A stretch of 64,000 nucleotides of DNA from an uncultured delta proteobacterium (GTDB taxonomy: Bacteria > Desulfobacterota > Binatia > UBA9968), in assembly GCA_963745035.1 (NCBI GenBank), contig CAVUVW010000013.1, positions 160,001 to 224,000 on the forward strand, given 5' to 3'. A program made the translations under genes and the position numbers. The notes under the pieces are model-generated. The model saw nothing but the letters and a program-made list of their open reading frames with translations. It was not told the origin of the DNA and did no database searches. This document shows, in pieces, positions 40,729-51,577 of the stretch (positions within the stretch are counted from its first letter, which is position 1; every line of letters starts with the position of its first letter).

Positions 40729-43700
40729 ATGCATTGTCCTCGCTGCCAGCATGAAAATCCTGCCGGTGTAAAGTTCTGCGGCGAGTGCGGAGCGCGGCTA
40801 GAATCGGCATGCGCCTGCTTGTGGAGCGTGCAAATCCTCCCGCAAACAAATTCTGCGGCCAGTGCGGCGCGTCGCTCGTCGCAGCAGTGCGCTTCGACGA
40901 AATTCGCATCACCTGAAACCTACACGCCCAAGCATCTCGCCGAAAAGATTCTCACTTCCAAGAGCGCGCTCGAAGGCGAGCGCAAGCAGGTCACGGTGCT
41001 GTTCGCCGACATGAAGGGCTCGATGGAGCTGCTCGCCGACCGCGATCCGGAGGAGGCGCGCAAACTGCTTGATCCTGTGATCGAGCACATGATGGAAGCG
41101 GTGCATCGATACGAGGGAACAGTCAGCAATTTAATGGGCGACGGCATCATGGCGCTGTTTGGCGCGCCGCTCGCCCACGAAGATCACGCGGTGCGCGCCT
41201 GCTATGCGGCGCTCAGAATGCAGGAGTCGGTGAATCGATATGCTGACGGAGTGCGGCGGACAGAGGGTGTGCCGATTCAAATCAGAGTGGGTTTGAATTC
41301 CGGCGAAGTGGTGGTCGGTGCCATCGGCAACGACTTGAAGATGGACTACACGGCGATCGGCCAGACGGTGCATCTCGCTTCGCGCATGGAACAGATGGCG
41401 ACGCCGGGCTCGGTTTTGATGACGCCGGACGCTCTGCGCTTAGCCGAAGGCTACGTGCAGGTGAAGCCGCTCGGCCCGGTCAGCGTCAAGGGATTAACTG
41501 AGCCGGTGGAAGTTTATGAGGTTACCGGAGTTGGCGCCGCGCGCTCTCGCCTGCAAGCGGCAGCCGCGCGTGGACTCACTCGCTTTGTCGGACGCGATGC
41601 TGAAACCGAGCAGCTTCGAAAAGCACTTGAACAAGCGCGCTCAGACCATGGTCAGGTGGTCGGTGTCGTAGGAGAACCTGGTCTTGGTAAGTCACGGCTG
41701 TTCTTCGAGTTCACCCATTCCCATCGGACGCAAGGATGGCTGATCCTCGAAAGCGGGTCAGTTTCATATGGAAAAGCCACACCCTATTTGCCGGTCATCG
41801 ATCTCCTCAAAGCCTACTTTAAAATTCAGGATCGCGACGATCAGCGCGAGATTCGCGAGAAGGTGACCGGCAAGCTGCTCACGCTGGATAAATCTCTGGA
41901 GTCCACGCTACCGGCCTTCCTGGCACTTTTAGATGTGCCGGTCGATGACCCGCTGTGGCAGGCACTCGATCCTTCCCAACGCCGTCAGCAGACTCTTGGC
42001 GCCGTCAAGCGGCTCTTGCTTCGAGAGAGTCAGGTCCAGCCGCTGATCCTGCTATTCGAGGATCTGCACTGGATCGACTCCGAGACCCAGGCGATGCTGG
42101 AGAGCTTGGTGGAAAGTCTGCCGACGAGCAGGCTGCTCCTCCTGGTCAACTATCGTCCGGAATACCAGCATGGTTGGGCTAACAAGACTTACTACACCCA
42201 ACTGCGGCTTGATCCGCTGCCGCCTGAGAGCGCGGGGGAGATTCTCAATTCAGTTCTGGGCAATGACCACGGACTTCAGTCCCTCAAGCAGCTTTTGATC
42301 GAACGAACAGAGGGGAACCCTTTTTTCCTGGAGGAGAGCGTTCGGACCTTGGTGGAGACAAAAGTTCTGGCGGGTGAGCGAGGGAATTATCATCTGGAGA
42401 AAAAGGTCGAGAGCACCCAGGTGCCGGCTACGGTTCAAGCCGTGCTGGCCGCGCGCATTGACCGGCTGCCGCCTGAGGAAAAGCAGCTCCTGCAATCAGC
42501 CGCGGTCATCGGCAAGGATGTTCCCTTCTCCCTCCTGCAGGCCATCACTGAATTATCTGACGAGGAACTCCGTCGCGGCCTTACCCACCTCCAAGCGGCG
42601 GAGTTCCTTTACGAGACCAGTCTGTTTCCTGATCTGGAATACACTTTCAAGCACGCGCTCACCCACGAAGTGGCGTACGGAAGCCTTCTCCACGAGCGCC
42701 AGCGCGCTCTGCACGCGCGGATCGTGGAAGCCATCGAGGCGCTATATCCTGATCGGCTGATCGAGCAGGTCGAGCGGCTCGCGCATCACGCAGCGCGGGG
42801 AGAGGTATGGGGAAAAGCGCTGACCTATCTCCGGCAGGCCGGCGCCAAGGCGGACGCCCGCTCGGCGATTCGAGAAGCGGCATCATACTTCGAGCAAGCG
42901 CTTACCGCCCTGGCGCATCTGCCTGACGATCGCGAGACGCGTGAGCAGGCCATCGATCTTCACTTCAACCTCCGTATCTCGCTGGCGGCGCTCGGGGAAG
43001 GCGAGAGGGTTCTTGAACACCTGCGCGCAGCCGAAGCCCTGGCAAATGCTCTAGGAGATGAACGCCGGTTGGCGCGGGTTAATGTGTACATAGCGAGACT
43101 GCTCTCGGCGCAGGGTGAGTACGAACAAGCCGTCACGGCCTGTGAACGTGCAATCGCAATGGCCAGAACCCTAGACGACTACGGTCTGGAGGTTGTGGCG
43201 ACTATCATTTTGGGATCGGCCTACTATTACTTGGGCAATTATCCTAAAGCAGTAGAGGCGCTGGGGCGCAACTTAGTGCCCCTTGACAGCCCAGTGGTTC
43301 GTGAGCGCTTTGGTGGGATCGGCCTCCCCTTCGCGAACTCGCGGGCCTCGCTAGCCTTAGCGCTGGCCGAGCGCGGGGAGTTTGTCGAAGCCATCGCCCG
43401 ATGCACGGAGGCGATCCACATAGCGGAGGCGGTCGGCCATCCTTACAGCGTTACCATGATGTATCGAGGGATGGGTCATCTGCACCTCAGGCGGGGGGAT
43501 CTTCACCAGGCAACTCTTGCACTCGAGCACGCCCTGGAGGTCTGTCAGGGAGTGGACAGCCCGCTTCTCTTTCACGCAGTGGGTTCTGCTCTAGGCTACG
43601 CCTATGCGCTCTCCGGGCGCAGTGCTGAGGCAATTCCCCTCCTGGAGGAGGCCGTCGAGCGCCCCGTCATGGGCGGAACTTGGAGGGCCAATCGCTGCGG

Positions 43701-44096
43701 ACCATCTGGCTGAGCGAAGCGTATCTGCTGGCCGGGCGGGAAGCGGATGCCCGTGCCGCCGCACAGCGCGCCCTGGGTCTCGCCCGTCAGCACAAAGAGA
43801 GAGGATACGAGGCGTACACTCTTCGGCTCCTCGGCGAGATCGCGGCGCGCGAAGATCCCCTTGATATCGGGAAGGCGGAAAACCACTATCGCCAAGCTCT
43901 CGCCCTCGCTGAAGAACTCGGCATGCGCCCGCTCATCGCGCATTGCCACGTCGGTCTGGGCAAACTGTATCGGCGAACCGGTAATTACGCAGCAAGCGAA
44001 GGACGCATCTCACCAATGGCGTCGCAATGATGCGCGAGATGGAAATGGGATTGTGGTTGGAAAGAGGCGGAGGCGGAGTTGAAGGAATTGGGTTGA
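40729..44096 (+). CDS. Double zinc ribbon + class III nucleotide cyclase + AAA/STAND ATPase + TPR protein (copy 1); frameshifts near both ends
   Basis: CPRC..FCGECG; VTVLFADMKGS, GDGIMALFGAP; Walker A GEPGLGKS, Walker B LLFEDLHW; tail LGMRPLIAHCH..ELKELG*. Confidence 0.88.
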
Positions 44097-47000
44097 TGCG
44101 TTGCCCGAAGTGTCAAGCACGAGAATCGACGAAGGCCGGCGTTCTGCGCGGAGTGCGGCGCGTCGTTGCGCGTCGCCTGCGCTAACTGCGGCACTCAACG
44201 ATCCCGGCGATGAAAGTTCTGCTGGAGGTGCGGGCAGCCGTTGGCTGCTCGGCAGCCAGTTGCCAGCCGCAGTTTCGCGTCTCCCGAGTCCTACACCCCC
44301 AAGCATCTCGCCGAAAAGATTCTCACTTCCAAAAGCGCTCTCGAAGGCGAGCGCAAGCAGGTCACGGTGCTGTTCGCCGACATGAAAGGCTCGATGGAGC
44401 TGCTCGCCGACCGCGATCCTGAGGAGGCGCGCAAACTGCTCGATCCTGTGATCGAGCACATGATGGAAGCGGTGCACCGCTACGAGGGGACAGTCAGCAA
44501 TTTAATGGGCGACGGCATCATGGCGCTGTTCGGCGCGCCGCTGGCCCATGAAGATCACGCGGTGCGCGCCTGCTATGCGGCGCTGCAGAATGCAGGAGTC
44601 GGTGAAGCGCTATGCTGACGGAGTGCGGCGGACGGAGGGTGTTCCGATTCAAATCAGAGTCGGTTTGAATTCCGGCGAAGTGGTGGTCGGTGCCATCGGC
44701 AACGACTTGAAGATGGACTACACGGCGATCGGCCAGACGGTGCATTTGGCTGCGCGCATGGAGCAGATGGCGACGCCGGGATCGGTTTTGATGACGGCGG
44801 ACGCTCTGCGCTTAGCCGAAGGCTACGTGCAGGTGAAGCCGCTCGGCCCGGTCACGTCAAGGGAATAACCGAGCCGGTGGAAGTTTATGAAGTTACCGGC
44901 GCTGGCGTCGCGCGGACGCGGTTGCAAGCGGCAGCCGCGCGCGGCCTCACTCGCTTTGTCGGGCGCGATGCAGAAATCGAGCAACTTCGCAAAGCCCTGG
45001 AGCAGAGCAAGCAGCGCTCACGGTCAGGTGGTTGCGGTTGTTGGAGAGCCTGGTTTGGGAAAGTCGCGGCTGTTCTTCGAATTCATCCACTCGCATCGCA
45101 CGAGGGCTGGTTGATCGTCGAATCCGGCTCGGTCTCCTATGGCAAGGCCACGCCCTATCTTCCTCTGATCGACCTTCTTAAAGCTTATTTCAAAATCCAT
45201 GACCGGGACAACCAGCGCGAGATTCGCGAGAAGGTCACTGGAAAGCTCCTCACCCTGGATGAATCGCTGAAACCGACGCTGCCGGCTTTTCTCGCCCTGC
45301 TGGATATTCCCGTCGAGGACCAACAATGGCAGGCTCTCGATCCCCCGCAAAAGCGCCAGCGAACGCTGGATGCTTGTAAACGTCTCTTGTTTCGCGAGAG
45401 CCAAGCGCAGCCATTGCTGCTTGTGTTTGAGGATCTTCACTGGCTCGATTCGGAGACCCAAAGGCGTTCTCGACAGCCTGGTGGAAAGTCTACCGACGGG
45501 GCGGCTGCTCCTGCTGGTGAATTATCGTCCGGAATACCAACATGGCTGGGGGAGCAAGACTTACTACAGCCAACTGCGGATTGATCCCCTACCACCTGAG
45601 AGCGCTGAAGAATTGCTTCATAGCTTGCTGGGGAACGATCCGAGTTTTCATCCCCTCAAACAACTCTTGATTACGCGCACCGAGGGCAATCCGTTCTTCT
45701 TGGAAGAGAGCGTGCGAACGCTGGTGGAAACCAAAGCGCTCGAAGGTGAACGAGGTGTCTATCGCGTGGCCAAATCCGTTGAGAGTATTCAGGTGCCCGC
45801 GACTGTGCAAGCGGTGCTGGCGGCGCGCATCGATCGGCTGCCCGCTGAGGACAAGCGGCTGCTTCAGTCCGCCGCGGTCATTGGCAAGGATGTGCCCTTT
45901 GTTCTGCTCCAAGCAATTGCGGATTTGTCCGAAGAGGACTTGTGCCGTAGGCTCGCGCGCCTCCAGACTGGAGAGTTTCTCTATGAAACGAGTCTTTTCC
46001 CCGAGCCCGAATACACCTTCAAGCACGCCCTCACGCATGAGGTAGCCTACGGGAGTCTACTCCAAGACCGGCGGCGCACGCTCCACGCTCGCATCGTCCA
46101 AGCGGTGGAAAAGCTCTATGCCGACCGTTTGGCCGAACATGTCGAACTGCTCGCCCATCATGCGTTTCGAGGAGAGCTTTGGGGAAAGGCCGTTACCTAC
46201 GCTCGAGAGGCAGGGACCAAAGCGTTCATGCGCTCAGCGAACGCAGACGCGGTGGCCTACTTCATGAGGGGACTGGAAGTCGTCGAGACGCTGCCGGCGA
46301 GCGCGGAACGTGAGAGGCAGGAACTGGATCTGCTGGTCGCACTTGGTCCGGCGCTCCAGTCATCCAAAGGGTTCGGCGCGCCGGAAATCGAACCTGTGTA
46401 TACCCGGGCGCGCGAATTGTGCCGACAGCTAGGGGAGACCTCGCAACTCTTCCCCGTGCTGTGGGGACTCTGGCTACTTCGTCTACAGCGGGGAGACTTA
46501 CAAACGGCGAGAGAACTAGGCACGCAACTCTTCAGTCTGGCCCAGCACGTGCCAGACCCCGTTCTCCTTTTACAGGCCCACCACGCGCTGTGGGCCACCT
46601 CGTTCTGGTTTGGACAGTTGGCTCTGGCCCGAGCGCACTCGGAACATGGAATTGCTCTCTATGATTCCCAGCGGCACCACTCTCTGGCCTTTCTCTATGG
46701 TGGGCATGACCCCGGGGTGTGCTGCCGGGACTTTGGAGCCTTGGCTCTGTGGTTGCTTGGCTATCCGGACCAAGCCCTGAAGAGAAGTCACGATGCGCTA
46801 ACTCTGGCCCAGGAACTGTCTCATCCTCTTAGCTTAGCTGAGGTCCTGGGCTATGCTGCCTGGCTCCATGAATTTCGACGAGAGCGAGAAGCAGTCCGAG
46901 AGCGGGCAGAGGCACTATTGGCGCTGTCTAACGAGCACGGGTTTCCTTACTGGTTGACGCAGGGGACTATCCTGCGCGGTTGGGCACTGGCCGAGCAAGG

Positions 47001-47466
47001 ACAGATGGTAGAAGAAGGCATTGCACAGATGCGCCAGGGTCTGTTCGCCTATAGAACTACGGGCGCAGAATTGGCTCGGCCGCATTATCTCGCGCTACTG
47101 GCCAAGATATACGGGAAAGTGCAGCAGGCAGAGGAGGGATTGACTGTGCTGTCCGAGGCACTGGCTTGGGCGCACACAAACGGAGGGTGGTATTACGAGG
47201 CAGAACTACATCGGCTGAAGGGCGAGCTTCAGGCGGGCGAGCAAGAGGCTGAAACCTGCTTTCAGAATGCATTGAAAATCTCGCGCAGCCAAAGCGCCAA
47301 GTCGCTGGAGCTGCGCGCGGCGATGAGCTTGAGTCGTCTGTGGCAACAGCAGGGCAAGAAAGATGATGCCAGAAGGCTCTTGGCCGAGGTTTACGGCTGG
47401 TTCACGGAAGGGTTTGACACCGCCGACTTGAAACAGGCAAAGCTATTACTCGATGAACTCGCATAA
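44096..47466 (+). CDS. Double zinc ribbon + class III nucleotide cyclase + AAA/STAND ATPase + TPR protein (copy 2); several frameshifts
   Basis: ATG overlaps the copy 1 stop (TGATG); MRCPKC; cyclase near-identical to copy 1; GEPGLGKS; tail AKSLELRAAMSLSRLW..FTEGFDTADL. Confidence 0.85.
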
Positions 47467-47470
47467 AGAG

Positions 47471-47577
47471 GCGACAACACGCGCCGCTATCTTTCGGGTG
47501 CCCCGCTGAAACACGTAGTCAGAACACCCGAGGGCACGCTCCAGGGCTTTGAAAACCCGCAGACGGGCAACTCATAG
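47471..47577 (+). repeat. Diverged duplicate of the 3' end of the D-2-hydroxyacid dehydrogenase gene (40471-40573)
   Basis: 11 mismatches in 103 nt by manual alignment, mostly synonymous; encodes DNTRRYLSGAPLKHVVRTPEGTLQGFENPQTGNS*. Confidence 0.92.
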
Positions 47578-47702
47578 TGGGCGAATCTGGACACTGGAAT
47601 GGGGCGGTCGAGTCGCCGGCCTAGGCCGACCGATGGCGAAGCTGAGAAATGCAAAGGCGCTGGTGCTGCGCGGTATACGTTGTTTCAGTTCGAATGAACT
47701 GA

Positions 47703-48113
47703 CTAGAACGACACGCACGTATGAGAAGTTGTGCGCAGTACAGCCTCCTGCTGAAATTGGCGCTTGTACTTGTCGACCAATTCTCGAATGCCTTTCTCGG
47801 TCCGTTCGTCGTCGGGATTAAGCAGCTGAAGCACGTGAGAATCCTCTCGAACGATTTCACCGTCGACGCCGCGCCACTGGCCCGACGCGCGTGAGGAAGT
47901 GAGGCCTTGAGGAAAGAGCGGAGTGACCGTGCTTTCCAGGAACCTCGCCCAATCCTCTGAGGAGACGACGCCATCGGGTTTGGTTGTGCCAAAGTATAGC
48001 GAGTCGTGAACCGCTAGGTGGTAGCCTTCCTTGCAGCGGACAATATACGTTGACGAGCACGCGTTGCCGATTACTGCGAAGGCGGCAATGATGGCGAAAT
48101 AAAAGCGATGCAT
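47703..48113 (-). CDS. DUF3574-domain lipoprotein
   Basis: Lipobox-like GNAC; LYFG, WARFLESTVTPLFPQGLT, GQWRG, YKRQFQQEAVLR. Confidence 0.85.
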   Translation of the reverse strand: MHRFYFAIIAAFAVIGNACSSTYIVRCKEGYHLAVHDSLYFGTTKPDGVVSSEDWARFLESTVTPLFPQGLTSSRASGQWRGVDGEIVREDSHVLQLLNPDDERTEKGIRELVDKYKRQFQQEAVLRTTSHTCVSF

Positions 48114-48273
48114 GAAGCAAAGCCCGCGCCTACTGAAACGAGTTTCCTGGACCGAGTATAGTGAGGTGGAATAAAGAATCAACGTTTTTCGCCGCAACGT
48201 CTCTGTTGAGAGCCAATGCCTTGCAATTTTGGCTGGGGGAGTGGAAAAAAGCCCAATCGACTATGGAGGAACG

Positions 48274-48501
48274 ATGAAACGCAGCTATTTTCGATTCGCT
48301 GTTCTCGAGCTATTGCTCTTTACTACTTTATTGCCTTCCAGGGTCGATGCGGCCGCGGCGCCCTACAAAGTGGTCTATACCTTCGGCGGATTGAACGATC
48401 GCAGCGGCATACTTTGGGTGGCGCGGGATGCGGGGATTTTTCACAAGCACGGCCCGACCATCGTCAACGTGCGCAATGCGCAGGGTGGGCATGTCCACGC
48501 T
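48274..48501 (+). pseudogene. 5' remnant of an ABC substrate-binding protein gene paralogous to 51578-52579
   Basis: RBS GGAGG; signal peptide; APYKVVYTFGGLNDRSGILWVARDAGIF..PTIVNVRNAQ, then homology ends. Confidence 0.85.
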
Positions 48502-48548
48502 GGCGGGCGCGAATTGTGGCGAGGCGATGAGCGACCTCGTGCGCGACA
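48502..48548 (+). repeat. Second partial copy of the dehydrogenase gene (40431-40476)
   Basis: GGCGGGCGCGAATTGTGGCG..GATGAGCGACCTCGTGCGCGACA matches the 46 nt ending at the GCGACA where the 47471 copy begins. Confidence 0.88.
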
Positions 48549-48683
48549 CCGCTGCTCTGAGGCGCGCATGCGCATTTTCGAACTGATGAATGTGCCAATA
48601 GGAGTTATAGCGGGTTGTGACTTGAGCCTCGAAGACCGTTTTTCCTTCGCGCCAGACGCTTGTGCACAGTGGGAGCTGGCGCG

Positions 48684-50186
48684 ATGAGCAGGATTTTCCT
48701 TTCGTACGCTTCTGAGCAGAGCGAAGCGGCGGCCCAGATCGAGCTATCGCTCAAAGGGGATGGCTACAGCGTGTTTCGCGACCGCACGTCGCTGCCGCCG
48801 GGCGAGTCTTTCGATGCGCGCATACGAACTGCGATCGAAGAGAGCGATCTTTTCATTTTCCTCATCAGCCGCGAGTCGGTCTCACCGGGGCGCTACACGC
48901 TGACCGAACTCAAATTCGCCGAGCAGAAATGGGCGCATCCGGCCGGATACGTACTTCCGGTCGTGGTCGAGCCTGTGCCCAAAGAGGCCATCCCTGTTTT
49001 CTTGCGCGCGGTGACGATTCTGCATCCGCAGGGAAATGTCACGGCCGAGGTCGCCGCCGCAGTCGCCCGCATGAGCGCGCCTTGGTGGCGGCGCATGCTC
49101 CAGCCTCGACGACTGGTACCGACTGTTGCTGTGATGCTTGTCATTATCGTCGGGGCGTGGATCGGCCTGCCCCGCTATCTCGAGCACCGTGAGCGAGGAC
49201 GCCAGGTAGCGAAACTCGAGAAGCAGAGTCAGGTTAGAGCCGAGGCCGGGGACTTTGCCGGCGCGTGGAATCTCCTGGAGCAAGCCAACGCCATCGCCCC
49301 TGGGTCCAGCCAAGTGTTTGAGGCGCAGGAGCGGCTGGCCATGAAGTTGCTCCGAGACGTAGGGTTCAATTACTTTCGTGGCAACAGGAGTTATTTCGAG
49401 GAACTCGTGAGCCGGACATTGCCGGTGCTGTCGCGCGGCACGTCTGAGGCGAAAGGTGAGCGACTGGCGAATCTTTTGGCCCACATGGGTTGGGCAGACT
49501 ATCTGCGGGAGCGTGCCGGAATCGGTGGGCTTGAGCCCGCGCAGCACTATCGCCGCGCCCTCGAGATCGATCCGCGCAACGTCTATGCTCACGCCATGTG
49601 GGGCTTCGAAATCCTGAGAAGGGGCCGCTCGGTTACAGCCCTCGACGAGGCAAAGCAACACTTCTCGGCAGCCGTCGAATCCCGGCGCGAACGTGAGTAT
49701 GTACGGTCGCTGCAGATCTCCGCGTTGCTACGGACTTATACGAATGTCTGGATCGAGGATCCGGAGCGGAAAAAGGAGGCAATCAGAGTCGCAAACGAGA
49801 TGCGCATTAACGGCGAAACGCGGCCGAAAGGATGGGGACCTGGTACATTCAGGGGGAAGCTCTGGGGTATCTACTACTTCGACGTCGTGACCAGCGATCG
49901 CCTGACACCTCTCCTCGCTGCTCTGCCGCCCGCCGAGCACCTCTCGTTGTTTCGCTGGCTGTTCCCGGAGGACGATCTCGCGGGGAGTGACGGAGCCCCT
50001 TCGCTGTTCAATTTCCTCTTCGTCCTGGCTCAGCTGCAGGAGCAGGCCGGCGATCGCGCCGGCGCGCTCGCCTCCTACCGCCGGCTATTGAGCGAGTTCG
50101 CGAACAAGGGGTACAACAGCAGCAGGGCGACCAAGATAGCCAGCGACGCTAAAGCGGCCATCAAGCGCGTCTCGACCAGTCAATAA
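48684..50186 (+). CDS. TIR-domain protein with TM helix and TPR-like C-terminal region
   Basis: RIFLSYASE..VFRDRTSLPPGESF..IEESDLFIFLISRESV..YTLTEL; TM LVPTVAVMLVIIVGAWIGL; TPR YRRALEIDPRNVYAH. Confidence 0.88.
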   Translation: MSRIFLSYASEQSEAAAQIELSLKGDGYSVFRDRTSLPPGESFDARIRTAIEESDLFIFLISRESVSPGRYTLTELKFAEQKWAHPAGYVLPVVVEPVPKEAIPVFLRAVTILHPQGNVTAEVAAAVARMSAPWWRRMLQPRRLVPTVAVMLVIIVGAWIGLPRYLEHRERGRQVAKLEKQSQVRAEAGDFAGAWNLLEQANAIAPGSSQVFEAQERLAMKLLRDVGFNYFRGNRSYFEELVSRTLPVLSRGTSEAKGERLANLLAHMGWADYLRERAGIGGLEPAQHYRRALEIDPRNVYAHAMWGFEILRRGRSVTALDEAKQHFSAAVESRREREYVRSLQISALLRTYTNVWIEDPERKKEAIRVANEMRINGETRPKGWGPGTFRGKLWGIYYFDVVTSDRLTPLLAALPPAEHLSLFRWLFPEDDLAGSDGAPSLFNFLFVLAQLQEQAGDRAGALASYRRLLSEFANKGYNSSRATKIASDAKAAIKRVSTSQ

Positions 50187-50246
50187 TTGGGATTTTGCTC
50201 GAGTATCGATATATTTCACAGCTCGCAGGAAGGAAGGCACGAGGCA

Positions 50247-50921
50247 ATGATTGACGCAAGCCATAACACGGACAAAAACGATTTTATTACAGCGCTGCGG
50301 ATCATTTATCGCGAGGGGTTGAGCGATGCCTTTGCGCATCTTAGCCAGAGGAGCAACGACGGCAACGAGATGCTGTTCATGCCGCGCAAGAGTCCGGCTT
50401 TGGTTCAGAGAGACGAACTATTTTTTGTCGACTTCGAAAAGCCCGTGCCGCAGTCTTCCTTGCACCAGGCGATCTACAAAGCTCGTCCGGACGTGAAAGC
50501 GGTTTTTCATTTTCACTCACCGGCAGTGGTTTTGCTGAGCGTGGTCGGCCGGACGATTCGGCCGATGCACAACTACAGCGCGATTTTCTACGAAGGCGTG
50601 CCGCTGTATACGGGAACGGGACAGGTCGAGTCGCCGGCGCGGGCGGGGGACATGGCGAAGCTTCTCGGCAACGCGAAGGCGCTGATGCTGCGCGGGCATG
50701 GCGCGGTGGTCGTCGGCCAGTCGATTCGCGAGGTTTGCATGCTGGCGCTGTTCTTAGAAGAGTCGGCAAGGCTGCAAACTGAGGCGATGAAACTCGGCAC
50801 GCCGATGTTCATGGAACGGGACGAAGCCGAGAAGATCGCCAAACGGACTTTCAAGCCGACATCGGTCGAGCGCGCTTGGGATCACTTTGTCGCGAAGCAC
50901 GCCGATTCAAACGGCGGATGA
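50247..50921 (+). CDS. Class II aldolase/adducin family protein
   Basis: AHLSQR, LHQAIYKARPDVKAVFHFHS, LMLRGHGAVVVG. Confidence 0.9.
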   Translation: MIDASHNTDKNDFITALRIIYREGLSDAFAHLSQRSNDGNEMLFMPRKSPALVQRDELFFVDFEKPVPQSSLHQAIYKARPDVKAVFHFHSPAVVLLSVVGRTIRPMHNYSAIFYEGVPLYTGTGQVESPARAGDMAKLLGNAKALMLRGHGAVVVGQSIREVCMLALFLEESARLQTEAMKLGTPMFMERDEAEKIAKRTFKPTSVERAWDHFVAKHADSNGG

Positions 50922-51002
50922 TCTATTCGTTGGCCCAGAAGAATTTCTTTGGTCGGTCCGTAGATCCGCCGGCGTTTGAGAGCGCCGGTGCGCTATGAAC
51001 GT

Positions 51003-51227
51003 TTATTTTCTTGACGAAGGCCGTTCATCGCACGGCCCGTAATAATCGACGACCTCGCGCTCGCCTGGCGTTTTCGGATCGCCCTGCGTTTCTACTTTCA
51101 TGTGACAATAGTTGTCTCCCGCATGTCGCCGTAACAAAACGCGATCGGGCTCCGCGGTGCATGCGGAAGCTAAGATAAGAGGTATCGCCGTTAAGGCGAG
51201 AGATCGAATTGTTCTTCGTACGTTCAT
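51003..51227 (-). CDS. Small putative lipoprotein with a Cys pair
   Basis: RBS GAGG; lipobox-like ASAC; NYCHMK..DYYGPCDE. Confidence 0.7.
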   Translation of the reverse strand: MNVRRTIRSLALTAIPLILASACTAEPDRVLLRRHAGDNYCHMKVETQGDPKTPGEREVVDYYGPCDERPSSRK

Positions 51228-51279
51228 TTGCGGTCCTCTACAAATCTTAAGGATGATACATCCTGCGTTCGTCAAGGTG

Positions 51280-51294
51280 GCAAGTGTCGTGCCA
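51280..51294 (-). promoter_or_regulatory. Sigma54 -24/-12 promoter
   Basis: TGGCAC-GACAC-TTGC, about 50 nt upstream of ATG 51227. Confidence 0.78.
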
Positions 51295-51577
51295 TAGAGA
51301 CAATCCACGAAAAGGTCCCAGAAAAGGCCGGTTTCTGGGGGAGAAAGCGACCATCGACATTTCGAAAGCTCGACAGGCGTTATTTTCCCGACAGATTTCA
51401 CCTACAGCCGGCAGCGAATTCGCTGACTGCTTGCGTGGAGGTCATTTCCCCAGCCGAACCGCGCCGACCGAAGCAATCGGCGCCACTTTCACCATGTCCG
51501 CTGATCCACTCGTGCTGTAAGTGCCCTTGCAAAGCGCGCCGACGCGGGAGTACAAAAAGTCGCACCGATAAGGAGGA

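Noticed and set aside
47577-48700. Integron cassette array around the DUF3574 and TIR genes
   Set aside because: No convincing attC (RYYYAAC..GTTRRRY) structures and no integron integrase seen.
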